NCBI GenBank assembly: GCA_963793865.1
Contig: CAWCBP010000001.1
Span: 390,816-454,815, forward strand
From: an uncultured delta proteobacterium
Lineage (GTDB): Bacteria > Desulfobacterota > WTBG01
Reading direction: 5' to 3'
DNA length: 64,000 nucleotides
A program made the position numbers and the translations under genes. Under the pieces are notes generated by a model. It had not been told where the DNA came from, did no database searches, and saw only the letters and a program-made list of their open reading frames with translations. Positions 10,762-20,022 of the stretch are shown here, one piece after another; positions within the stretch are counted from its first letter, which is position 1, and the number at the start of each line of letters is the position of its first letter.

Positions 10762-11300
10762 GAGTAGTGAGGAGGTTGAGGGAAGAGGGGGCAGGGGAGA
10801 AGTAAATCCCAAAGAATTTCAAAATCCAAATCTCAAATGTCCGAAACGGGAATCGTGATGCAGGACAATGGATAGGAGGCTTTATCCAGTACTCCAGTAT
10901 TCCAAAACTCCAGCACTCCGGCCTTTACACCACGAAGGGCACGAAGGAAAAGCACGAAGAACACGAAGAAATACATTGAATTGTAGGGGCAACCCCCTGT
11001 GGTTGCCCCCACAGACCGATTTTTCAGTCGCATCGCGCCTTCGAAATGACAAGGCAGAGTTTGTCATTCTGCGACTTGATCGCAGGATCCAACAAAAAAA
11101 CACGAACTGGATTCTGGGGTCGAGCCGCAGACTGACCTTTCCATGGCGCAAAAAATGGAGGAATGCACTTCGTTGCGTCCGTTTATTATGTACGGCCATG
11201 ACAGAGCATGGCCCTCCATCGTTCGACGCCGGATGTTGGCCGTCAGATATTCAACATTCGTCTTTTCAAATAAGCATAAGCTATATTTGATTATCCTAAC
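10762..11300 (+). repeat. Composite intergenic repeat region (copy A): AAATCCCAAA..CAAATGTCC module; 4x CACGAAG heptad array (10931, 10940, 10953, 10963); GTAGGGGCAACCCCCTGTGGTTGCCCC hairpin (10983-11010); GAAATGACAA..TTGTCATTC hairpin (11044-11070)
   Basis: Direct comparison with near-identical module sets at 12775-13260, 15998-16300, 33921-34260 and 53941-54095. Confidence 0.7.
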
Positions 11301-11418
11301 AGGTTGAGTTATAGTAGCGAACAAAGGCATTACATGAATGTTCGAAACCTATTGAGTTAAGAATCGTTATAATTCGCATGGTTTTAACATGTTGTAAAAC
11401 CGTTTGTAAGAGGCGCTT

Positions 11419-12774
11419 ATGAGACCAAAAGTGAAGGTTTGTCTTACGCTCCTTTGCAGTATTCTATGCATATCGGTTTTTAGCAGCAATGCATTTCCGG
11501 CCGTACCGAAGCGCATTCTCCTGATTGTCATGGATGGCGCACGGTACGATTATTGTACTCCGGAAACAATGCCCAATCTGTATTCTTTCATGGAAAGGGC
11601 TCTGGTGTTTAAAAATGCATACGCACCAAGTTCCTGGACCCTACCGTCACATGCATCCTTGTTTACCGGTTTGTATCCACAGCAGCATGGGGCTTTTAGG
11701 CTCCCCTATCAGCCAACTAATGATGTGGCCATTGATTCTAAAAGGCGATTAGAAGCACCGATTGATATTGATGCCATTGCTCTTCCGCGGGACGCCATGA
11801 CCATAGCAGAAATTCTTCATTCAGTCGGCTACCAGACCCTGAGCGTTTTCGGTAATCCTTGCTACGGGTATCCCATATTCAATCTCCAGAAAGGATTCGA
11901 TACATGGCTGAATCTGGTTGAAAAAAAACTGAAGGCAACCGGTATAAGACAGCGTGGATTCTATTCTTTTGATTACGAGGTGGATGGGGATTTCTATACG
12001 GTAATACCAAGCGCTTCAGAAGTTGCACGTGAGGCTACTACATTACTTCAAGCTGCCGATCCCGCAAGACCGATTTTTCTTTTCATAAATTTTGAGGATC
12101 CGATTGCCACCCCGTTCTATTATCCACCGCAAAAAAGATCAGATGTATTCGATAATTACAGTCAATATCTTAAAAAAAGCATGAAGTCGATTGATGATGT
12201 TATAGTTCCTGTTTTATCCATGTTTAAAGATGGCCTTATCATCGTTACCTCCGATCATGGGCAGGGAGATGGGACTGCGTATAAAGGTGCAGTGCATGGT
12301 ACCTCTCTTTATTCCTCCCAGACGAAGATCCCCCTGTTCATACATAATTATACGCGGAAGAAACTCAATTCTGAGGCACCTATAGATCTCACACGCATTA
12401 TGGGTATCATTCTTAATGCTGCCGGATTGGATTACCCCGCTAAGAAGCAGTTTTTCCATCCCGGTGACGATCTGGCATTCAGTCACCTCGATGCCTCACC
12501 TGAAGCACCAGTTGGTACGCAGGCATCGTTCAGCATCATTTCGGAGCAGGCCCTGCTTTTATTAACTTTCCGTTCAGGAGGGTTCACCAAGCATTATATT
12601 ACGCAGAAGGCTCTGGGTGAGAACATTGATGAGCGGTTTGGGATAGAGCAGGTCCTTTCCCGGAAGATAATGCCGTTTGTCAGGCTTGAACGAGTTTTCC
12701 CTACAACAGGAAAATATCAAAGGCTTGATGAAAATAACATAGAGATGCTGAAAGGATTGGGATACATTGAGTAG
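11419..12774 (+). CDS. Exported sulfatase-like hydrolase/transferase (alkaline-phosphatase superfamily)
   Basis: There is an N-terminal signal peptide. The ILLIVMDGARYD metal-site region is present. The sulfatase signature position reads TLPSHASLFTGLY (Thr/His instead of Cys/Arg). The DHGQGDG region is present. Confidence 0.7.
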   Translation: MRPKVKVCLTLLCSILCISVFSSNAFPAVPKRILLIVMDGARYDYCTPETMPNLYSFMERALVFKNAYAPSSWTLPSHASLFTGLYPQQHGAFRLPYQPTNDVAIDSKRRLEAPIDIDAIALPRDAMTIAEILHSVGYQTLSVFGNPCYGYPIFNLQKGFDTWLNLVEKKLKATGIRQRGFYSFDYEVDGDFYTVIPSASEVAREATTLLQAADPARPIFLFINFEDPIATPFYYPPQKRSDVFDNYSQYLKKSMKSIDDVIVPVLSMFKDGLIIVTSDHGQGDGTAYKGAVHGTSLYSSQTKIPLFIHNYTRKKLNSEAPIDLTRIMGIILNAAGLDYPAKKQFFHPGDDLAFSHLDASPEAPVGTQASFSIISEQALLLLTFRSGGFTKHYITQKALGENIDERFGIEQVLSRKIMPFVRLERVFPTTGKYQRLDENNIEMLKGLGYIE

Positions 12775-13260
12775 GTGTGCTGAGCGCAAGAGCGCAACTA
12801 CATGATGCACGATGCAGGATACAGGATAGATCAGTCCACAGTTGTTAGTCCACGGTCGACAGTCTGGAAACCAATACTGCAGTGCTCCGCTACTCCAATA
12901 CTTCAACTTTGAACCACGAAGTGCACGACGGGGCTCCTGACAACTGTCAACTGAAAACTTTTTTTGACCCTGTCCCCTTTACCCTGTTTCCTGAACCCTG
13001 CCCACTGTTTTTTTTAACCACGAAGTGCACGAAGGAAAAGCACGAAGAACACGAAGAAATACATCGAATCGTAGGGGCAACCCCCTGTGGTTGCCCCACA
13101 ATGTCCGGGCAGGCACGAATGCCTGCCCCGACAGGCCAATTTCTCAGTCGCGAAAGCGCCTTCGAAATGACAATGTGGAGCAGGGCGGCACCAGTTGTGT
13201 CATCCTTCTTCTTTGTTCATCGCAGCATCCAAAGTCTTGGACCGGGCCGCAGGCCGTTGA
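12775..13260 (+). repeat. Composite intergenic repeat region (copy B): GATGCACGATGCAGGATACAGGAT module; CAGTCCACAGTTGTTAGTCCACGGTC module; ACTCCA-type module; CCCTGAACCCTG module; CACGAAG x4 array (13018-13070); paired GC hairpins (13074-13130); GAAATGACAA module
   Basis: Module-by-module identity with the copies at 10762-11300, 15998-16300 and 53941-54095. Confidence 0.7.
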
Positions 13261-13546
13261 GTCCTGCATGTAATATAAGTCCATGACAGATCACAGCGCT
13301 CCGATAGTTGCGATGATGGATAGTGCAAGTTCGATGTGTGCGACCACGATTCCATCTCTGACTCTGTAAACTCAACTGCAACAGCCGCGTCGGAACATGC
13401 CTTTCACGCTTCCTCCCTCCTCTCCCTCAAGCGGCAGCGCTCCGTATTAACGCATTGCTTTCGTGCCCTGCACTGTGCTATTTAGTCTGCGTCTCGTAAC
13501 CGCTCGATCACAGCAACTTCCCAACCCGTGTGAGGAAATCCCGGAC

Positions 13547-15997
13547 ATGAAAACATGGAGCAAGGTATTGGCGGCAGTTCTCGGCGTGGTTGTTATTGCC
13601 GTTATCTGCGCCTGGTTCCTGGTGAAATCCGTCGTGCTGCCGGAAACGGTCAGGGCGACCATAATTCCCCGGCTGGAGGAGATTGTGAAACAACCGATTT
13701 CCTTCAGCCAGATAGACGTGAGCCTCGGCGGCATCATCACCCTGAAAGACATTGCCATCGGGGACGGACAAACTCGTGAGCACGGACTTTTGGTCAAGGC
13801 CCGCGACATGCTGCTCCACTGCCGGATCCTGCCGCTTCTTTCGAAAAAAATAATCATAGAGCAGATCACCCTGCGGGAGCCGTCTTTCCGGCTGGTGCGG
13901 AATGAATCGGGGCGGTTTAATTTTTGGTCGCCCGGGGAACCGCGCGCTGAGAGGGAGAGGGCCGATGCCGGTGATAGAAACCCGGCGGGTACGGAACCTG
14001 CGCTGAGCCTTAACATCCGCAGCCTGGCCTTTCAGGACGGCACGCTTACGTTCACGGATCATTTCAGGCGCGCTCAGCAGCCACTGGAAACCATGGTGAA
14101 GGACATCAACGGTCGCTTCTCCGATCTGTCTCCGGTTTCACCTTTCTCTTTGGAGATGACGGCGGAAGTTGTGTCACGCTCGCCATCCGTGCTCAGGGTC
14201 AAGGCAGTAATAGATCCATTGCGCAAGGCGGTGACCTCGGATGTAAAACTCTCCCCATTTGACATTACCTTTTTCGCCCCCTACGCGCCACCGCTTCCCT
14301 TCGCCATAAGCAAGGGATGCTGCTCGCTGGATCTGAAGCTGGCGGTTAACAAGGCACTCGACATTTCCTCCCGGGGAGTAGTGCGCCTGACCAATGCGGC
14401 CCTTGTTCCTCACGAAGCCACTGCCGGCGCTTTATCCGCCGCGTTTGCGGAAATGATCAGCAGCAGCGAGATCAGTCTTGACCACGACCTGACCTACCGG
14501 CCGGCCGACGACGTGCTGATCATTGAAAAATGCACTGCAGCGATTCGAAAGATGAGCCTGACCCTTAAAGGAAAGGTTGAACAGTGCCGGACGGAGCCGC
14601 GATGCGACATTACGGCGGATGCGGACGGCCTTTCCGCGGCAGACCTGCTCAACACCCTGCCGCATGACCTGCTGCCCGCGGTAAAAAACATTTCATCATC
14701 AGGTCTGACATCGGCCCATCTTTCGGTCAAGGGCAGTTTGCAAAAACCGGATGAATTGGCCGTGGACGGTTCCCTGCTCGTGGATAAACTGGTTCTGCAG
14801 TCGGACCAGCCTCCCCGCTGGAATCTCCAGGTGGATGGCAGGGCGGAACTTAAAAACGGAGATGTGGTGATACAACAGCTGACGGCTAAAACGGGCAATT
14901 CAACGCTGAACATGAGCGGCACACTGGCCAACTGCTATAAGGGCCCTCTTGCCGCCCGGCTGCGGATCGACTCGCCGTCGCTTGACGCGGAAGAGGTGAT
15001 GAACTGCGTGCGGGAGCTGCGCAAACTGCAAGAGGCGATGGAGGATGGGGATGCGGCGGAAGGCGGGAGGAAAGAGAAGCGGCCGTCCGATTATTATAGC
15101 AGGGTGAAGGTTGATGCCGACGCCGACATTGACCGGTTTACCTATAGAAGCCTTGTCATTTCCGAACTTGAAGCCAACAGCCGGCTGTCCGGGAAAAAGT
15201 TTGTTCTGGAGTCGCTGCGGGGGGTCATGGGTGACGGGGCCTTCTCCGCTTCAGGCAGCATCAGCCCGGAAGGGGAAGAGGGGCTTGATTGCACCTGCCG
15301 GCTGACCGGTAACCGCCTGCAGCTTGCTCAGCTTTTGAAAGCCATCGCTCCGGAGAGAAAGGAAGAGGTGAGCGGCATCGCCGATATTGCGCTCAATATC
15401 CAGGGAAGGGGAGAAACATCCGACCTCTTTAAAAAGAATCTTACCGGAGAGGGAAACTTTACGGTCAGGGATGGAACGATATCCGGCCTGCAATCTCTTG
15501 AATCCGTCGCGTCATTCATTAAGATAGACGCCCTTAAAACCCTCTCATTCGATGAGTCGCGCGGGACATTTACCATAAGCGACGGCGCGATACGCCTGGA
15601 CAGCAGCCTTAAAGGAAAAGATGTGGAGCTGTATCCCGCGGGAACCATCGGGTTGGACTCATCCCTCGACATGGCCCTGGATATGCGGCTTGCCCCTCAG
15701 CTGTCCGACCAGATCGCTGACGGGGTGCTGACCAGGTATTTTCAGGATGACCGGGGATGGACGCTGCTGAGCCTGGCAATTAAAGCCCCGCCGGGGGGCG
15801 AGGCGGTGATCCTGCCCGCCGCCTCCACCATTAAAAACATAACCGACATGCTGGCTGATATCCTTATCAAGAAGGAAGGCGCGCCCGCTGACCAGCAGCA
15901 GGACAAGAAGAAGGTGCTGGAGGACCTGCTGCATAAGCTGATGCAGAAGTCAAAAAGTGCAGGAGCAGGTGAAGCGGTTCATCCGCCGTCCGAGTGA
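13547..15997 (+). CDS. AsmA-family outer-membrane biogenesis protein
   Basis: 816 aa from the ATG at 13547 (MKTWSKVLAAVLGVVVIAVICAW, an N-terminal signal-anchor). The rest is a long, mostly beta-rich periplasmic region with an AsmA-like C-terminus. Confidence 0.7.
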   Translation: MKTWSKVLAAVLGVVVIAVICAWFLVKSVVLPETVRATIIPRLEEIVKQPISFSQIDVSLGGIITLKDIAIGDGQTREHGLLVKARDMLLHCRILPLLSKKIIIEQITLREPSFRLVRNESGRFNFWSPGEPRAERERADAGDRNPAGTEPALSLNIRSLAFQDGTLTFTDHFRRAQQPLETMVKDINGRFSDLSPVSPFSLEMTAEVVSRSPSVLRVKAVIDPLRKAVTSDVKLSPFDITFFAPYAPPLPFAISKGCCSLDLKLAVNKALDISSRGVVRLTNAALVPHEATAGALSAAFAEMISSSEISLDHDLTYRPADDVLIIEKCTAAIRKMSLTLKGKVEQCRTEPRCDITADADGLSAADLLNTLPHDLLPAVKNISSSGLTSAHLSVKGSLQKPDELAVDGSLLVDKLVLQSDQPPRWNLQVDGRAELKNGDVVIQQLTAKTGNSTLNMSGTLANCYKGPLAARLRIDSPSLDAEEVMNCVRELRKLQEAMEDGDAAEGGRKEKRPSDYYSRVKVDADADIDRFTYRSLVISELEANSRLSGKKFVLESLRGVMGDGAFSASGSISPEGEEGLDCTCRLTGNRLQLAQLLKAIAPERKEEVSGIADIALNIQGRGETSDLFKKNLTGEGNFTVRDGTISGLQSLESVASFIKIDALKTLSFDESRGTFTISDGAIRLDSSLKGKDVELYPAGTIGLDSSLDMALDMRLAPQLSDQIADGVLTRYFQDDRGWTLLSLAIKAPPGGEAVILPAASTIKNITDMLADILIKKEGAPADQQQDKKKVLEDLLHKLMQKSKSAGAGEAVHPPSE

Positions 15998-16300
15998 GGG
16001 AGAGGACACGAAGGAAGAGGAAAGATGCACGATGCATGATACAGGATGTACGATAGAACAGTCCACGGTTGTCAGTCCGCGGTCTGGAGATACCAGCACA
16101 GCGCATCCGGCATTTAACCACGAAGCACACGAAGGAAAAGCACGAAGCGCACGAAGAGAAACATTGAATCGTAGGGGCAACCCCCTGTGGTTGCCCCATG
16201 ATGTCCGGGCAGGCACAGGGGCCTGCCCCTACAGTTGTCAGGATGCAGTTGTGCGGTAGGAGCGGCTTTAAGCCGCGAATGTATCTTCTAGCGCGGGGAG
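15998..16300 (+). repeat. Composite intergenic repeat region (copy C): GATGCACGATGCA module; CAGTCCACGGTTGTCAGTCCGCGGTC; CACGAAG array (16120-16165); GTAGGGGCAACCCCCTGTGGTTGCCCC and GGGCAGGCACAGGGGCCTGCCC hairpins; GGAGCGGCTTTAAGCCGCGAAT module
   Basis: Sequence identity with the other copies. The last module recurs at 34860-34885. Confidence 0.7.
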
Positions 16301-16420
16301 GCAACCATTAGACTGGAACATCACACCCTGGTTTCTTTAGGCTTCGGCCTTGCCTTTTATTTCCTCTTCAAGTCCTTCGCCGGCGCGCTGGTATGCTTTT
16401 TTTCCGGGATCCTGGTTGAT

Positions 16421-16753
16421 GTGGATCACTATGTCGATTACGTGAGGGACCGGGGGCTCAATCTCAATCTGAAACGATTCTTCGAGTACGGCTACGATCT
16501 GGAATATGAGCGGCTGTTCATCGTATTTCATGGCTATGAATATTTGGTGCCGCTCGCATTCCTGCTTGTCCTCTCGGAATACAATCTCTTCGTGGCGGCG
16601 GTGATCACCGGCTTCGCCCAGCACCTGCTCTTTGACCAGTTTACCAACCCGGTAAAGCCCCTTGCCTATTTTATCACCTACCGGTTGAAAAACAGGTTCA
16701 GCAAGGAGTCCATCCTGAGCGATGAATGCCTCCGCTCACTCACAACCGATTAA
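16421..16753 (+). CDS. Small hypothetical membrane protein (GTG start; the true start is uncertain)
   Basis: Hydrophobic segments are present (LVPLAFLLVLSEYNLFVAAVITGF). The in-frame upstream region also encodes a TM-like stretch but has no ATG. The overlapping antisense ORF 16337-16624 is K/E-rich and less plausible. Confidence 0.3.
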   Translation: MDHYVDYVRDRGLNLNLKRFFEYGYDLEYERLFIVFHGYEYLVPLAFLLVLSEYNLFVAAVITGFAQHLLFDQFTNPVKPLAYFITYRLKNRFSKESILSDECLRSLTTD

Positions 16754-17832
16754 ACAATCCGGTAAAGCGCGAGCGCGTCCTCGGTGAGGGGATCCACCCT
16801 GATCACTTCACCGCCTGAACTCCCTGCCTTTCTGCACGTGACCTCCACCCCCTTTTCATTCCGCGCCTTGCTGCAAAAAGCGGTAATGGCGGCGGCAATC
16901 CGTATGATCTCCGGGCTTGCGGGACCCCGCAGGAGGCTTAAGGGTCCGGGAATGCTGACCAGCTCCAGTTCCAGGTCCGCGCTCGTGGCCAGTGCAGCTA
17001 TGCGGTTGTTATCCCGCTCATCCCGCCCCACCACCAGGAGCGTTTTTTCAGCCAGTGCAAAGTGCCTCCCCAGGGTGGTCATGAGCATCCCTTCAAACGT
17101 GCTGTCGTTGAGGTTGTCAAATACCCATTGAAGTCTGGCTGAAATATTGGGATCGGCCAGAAGGCAGCCTCCTGCCGGAGGCGGGTAGTCTTTGATGCCG
17201 TACCTGGCCGCAAGCGCAATCTGGTCTTTCCTGCCCCGTCCCGCGAAATCCAAAAGCCTCGTGCGGTCCACCCATCCCTGCTTTTCAGGAATGGTGGGCG
17301 GCAGGTGCTGGGCGCACAGCGGCCGCACGAGCAGGCCCTTGGCGCCCGAATCATGCTCAATGATGTACAGCGTATCCCGCCGCTGCGACATGGGCCGCTG
17401 GCCGATTACCTCGCCGGTGATGAGAAACGATGCGCCTTCCGCTTCCATGAGTTCCCGGGCCCTGGAGATGAAAAATATCTTGCAGTCAACACAGGGATTG
17501 AGATGCTTGCCGTACCCGTGCCGGGGGTGACGGACCACCTGGGTGTACTCGCGGCCCACGTCAATGACCTCGAGATCAATGCCGTAGGACCTGCGGGCGT
17601 GTTCACGCGCCTCCGCCTCGCGTCCCTTCTTCTGATAGCCGGTAAAGGGGGTGATGAAGTTGAGGGCCTTCACCGCGATTCCCTGGTCCATGATCACCCG
17701 GCAGGCCAGAATGCTGTCCAGCCCGCCGGAAAAAAGTGCCAACGCCTTGATCTGTTGCATAGAAGAAAATAGATCCTTTCTGCGTGGATTTTTGTAAGGA
17801 GAAACTTTAGCGATTTGCTCAAGAAATGTCAA
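16750..17832 (-). CDS. PP-loop superfamily ATPase of the tRNA sulfurtransferase type (MnmA/ThiI-like), 360 aa
   Basis: PP-loop LALFSGGLDSILA. NPCVDCKIFF region (cf. MnmA NPDILCN). ITGEVIGQRP. The likely real start is MQQIKALALFSGG at 17760. Confidence 0.55.
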   Translation of the reverse strand: MTFLEQIAKVSPYKNPRRKDLFSSMQQIKALALFSGGLDSILACRVIMDQGIAVKALNFITPFTGYQKKGREAEAREHARRSYGIDLEVIDVGREYTQVVRHPRHGYGKHLNPCVDCKIFFISRARELMEAEGASFLITGEVIGQRPMSQRRDTLYIIEHDSGAKGLLVRPLCAQHLPPTIPEKQGWVDRTRLLDFAGRGRKDQIALAARYGIKDYPPPAGGCLLADPNISARLQWVFDNLNDSTFEGMLMTTLGRHFALAEKTLLVVGRDERDNNRIAALATSADLELELVSIPGPLSLLRGPASPEIIRIAAAITAFCSKARNEKGVEVTCRKAGSSGGEVIRVDPLTEDALALYRIV

Positions 17833-17946
17833 TGAAACAGTGCGGCATGAGGAAGCATATATATTAGATTAGTTTGATTTTGCGAGGTATCTATGCTTTA
17901 ATTACATCAATAAGTAACAAATAATATTATAGTAAGCCGGTTTGAG

Positions 17947-19350
17947 ATGAAAAATTTTTTTACATATCTTTTTTTTATCATTATATCACTCGTAATTGCC
18001 ACGGGATGTAGTAAAAAAGCGGAGGGTCCAAAGCACGTTTTTTTAATCGTGATAGACACCCTTCGTGCTGACCATTTGGGTTGTTACGGTTATAAGGCTC
18101 CAACCTCACCCACGCTTGATAAGTTAGCTCAAGAAGGAATTATATTTAAAAAAGCATATTCAACGGCAAGCAGTACATTAGAAGGTACCATCAGCCTTTT
18201 TAATGCGACAACTGCTTTAACCAATAAAATTCATACGCTTTCTCCAACTGAATCTCAATTGCTCAGCAAGACAGCCCTTCACAAATACCTTAAGGAAGCG
18301 GGCTTTAATACGCTTGCTGTAGTTTCCAATCCCTGGTTAAAATATCATCAGAATTATTTTAGGGACGGTTTTAATGATTTTCATTTTGTAACAAGTGAGT
18401 CTTGGGAACAAGCGGGGCTATTCAATACCACATCAGTTGTTACTCAGAGCGTTTTGGACTTTATTGATACCAAAGTAGATATTACTGGCAGAAATTTCTT
18501 TTACGTTCATTACCTTGATCCGCACGATCCTTATTTCCCGCCGGTTGACTTTGGCTTTTTTTCGGGAGAAGTTCCGCAAGAAAGCGTATTCGTTCATAGC
18601 ATTTCGGGAGAGGAAGCGTTGCGAGCCCGATTAATACAAGAGCCAGATTATGTCGGATTGCCTATCCCTGAACCATTACCCAGGAATGTTTTTAATTATA
18701 AGGTTTCCAGGTACGATTCTGAGATCCGTTATGTTGATTTACATTTGGAAAAACTTCTTGATAAATTAAAGGCGATGAAGATTTTGGATGACTGCCTTAT
18801 TATTATTACATCAGACCATGGCGAAGAATTTTTGGAGCATGGTCTTTTAAAACATGGCTTTCAACTCTATGATGAAACCATACATATCCCTCTTATCCTA
18901 TACTGGAAGGGTCATCTTGATGCGCAATCCCGAGAAACCATTGTCAGCGGGATCGATATTGCCCCTACCATTCTGGATTTTTGTCAGCTTCAAAAACCCC
19001 CTGTCATGATGGGCAACAGTCTTTTGAGCAAGAAAAAGGATGAGCCCATCCTGTTTTGCACTCATTTCATCAATCAGAACCAGAGGGGCATGAGGATGGG
19101 CAAGTGGAAGCTTATCGAAAATGTGGCTACGGGTGAGATGAAGGTGTTTGACATGGACAAGGATCCGGGCGAGCGAAAGAACCTTTTTACTGATTTCCTG
19201 CCGCAGCGGGAGGATATTTTACAGTCTTATAAAAAACTGCTCGAAAACCATTCGGTCAAGACGGATGGACCACAGGATAGAAAATCACAGCAACCATTAG
19301 AAATGGACACTGAAACACGGGAGCAGTTGGAGACGCTGGGGTATTTGTAG
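17947..19350 (+). CDS. Sulfatase-like lipoprotein (alkaline-phosphatase superfamily)
   Basis: Lipobox IATGC-S. Other motifs: HVFLIVIDTLRADHLGCYGY and IIITSDHGEEF. Confidence 0.7.
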   Translation: MKNFFTYLFFIIISLVIATGCSKKAEGPKHVFLIVIDTLRADHLGCYGYKAPTSPTLDKLAQEGIIFKKAYSTASSTLEGTISLFNATTALTNKIHTLSPTESQLLSKTALHKYLKEAGFNTLAVVSNPWLKYHQNYFRDGFNDFHFVTSESWEQAGLFNTTSVVTQSVLDFIDTKVDITGRNFFYVHYLDPHDPYFPPVDFGFFSGEVPQESVFVHSISGEEALRARLIQEPDYVGLPIPEPLPRNVFNYKVSRYDSEIRYVDLHLEKLLDKLKAMKILDDCLIIITSDHGEEFLEHGLLKHGFQLYDETIHIPLILYWKGHLDAQSRETIVSGIDIAPTILDFCQLQKPPVMMGNSLLSKKKDEPILFCTHFINQNQRGMRMGKWKLIENVATGEMKVFDMDKDPGERKNLFTDFLPQREDILQSYKKLLENHSVKTDGPQDRKSQQPLEMDTETREQLETLGYL

Positions 19351-19464
19351 GTTGCTTGTCTTTTCGATGAGGCTTCAGCGACTGAGGAATTTTATAAGCC
19401 TGGGACAGTCATAAACAAAGATTTCTCGCTTCGCTCGAAATGACATTCTCGAACATATCCGCAT

Positions 19465-19492
19465 GTAGGGGCGACCGGCCGGTCGCCCCTAC
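19465..19492. repeat. Perfect 28-nt palindrome GTAGGGGCGACCGGCCGGTCGCCCCTAC (REP-like) between convergent genes; identical copy at 63020-63047
   Basis: Exact self-complementarity read from the sequence. A second identical copy is present. Confidence 0.8.
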
Positions 19493-19638
19493 GCGCTATG
19501 GCTCGGTTGTATTTCTTTTGTCATCATGAGTGAAACGAAGGATCTGGTTTTTCTTGTGAGAGGCGATGAGATTCTTCGCGGAGCCTGCCCTGAGCTGAAA
19601 ATGGAGATTCTTCACTTGGCTCAGAACAAATGAGGCTG

Positions 19639-20013
19639 TCAACTGATGGCCAGCTCGAAGGCGTCCTTGATCAGTTCCATGTGCTCTTCCTGCGGGAGCA
19701 GGGAGACCGCCACCACGTCGAAGCGGGCCTTCACATTGTGGGCATTGTATTTGTTGATGAAGTGCAGAGCGACCTTTGAAAGCTGTCCCTGCTTGCGCCG
19801 GTTCACGCTCTCCTGCGGCTTTCCGAATTTCTCCGATGCCCGGGTCTTGACCTCGACAAAGGCAAGGACGTCGCCATCTTTGGCGATGATGTCCATCTCC
19901 CCGAAGACGCACCGGTAGTTCCTGAAGAGAATCTTATAGCCGCCCTTTTTCTTGAGGTAGACGGCGGCAAGGTCCTCGCCCTTTTTCCCCAGGCTTTGTC
20001 TCTTCTCGGTCAT
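19639..20013 (-). CDS. yraN: YraN-family (UPF0102) predicted endonuclease
   Basis: 124 aa with the conserved core GEMDIIAKDGDVLAFVEVKTR. Confidence 0.8.
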   Translation of the reverse strand: MTEKRQSLGKKGEDLAAVYLKKKGGYKILFRNYRCVFGEMDIIAKDGDVLAFVEVKTRASEKFGKPQESVNRRKQGQLSKVALHFINKYNAHNVKARFDVVAVSLLPQEEHMELIKDAFELAIS

Positions 20014-20022
20014 GGAGAGGTC

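Noticed and set aside
10868-11290. ORF-track proteins 10868-11290(+), 10882-11199(-), 13025-13273(+), 15957-16259(+), 15950-16216(-), 33869-34180(+), 32892-33126(+), 49911-50318(+)
   Set aside because: They are translations of the dispersed repeat modules. The same peptide (HEGHEGKARRTRRN...GNPLWLP) recurs because the DNA repeat recurs. They have no start context and low-complexity composition.
13447-14062. Minus-strand ORFs 13447-14016 and 13508-14062 inside asmA
   Set aside because: Antisense shadow ORFs in a GC-rich gene, Arg/Pro-rich with no domain similarity. The plus-strand AsmA frame is the coherent one.
16337-16624. 95-aa minus-strand ORF overlapping the small membrane-protein gene
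   Set aside because: Lys/Glu-rich with no recognisable features. The plus-strand frame encodes plausible TM helices.
19496-19912. 138-aa minus-strand ORF overlapping yraN in another frame
   Set aside because: Arg/Gly/Pro-rich alternative frame of the yraN region and the palindrome. The YraN frame has the conserved family core.
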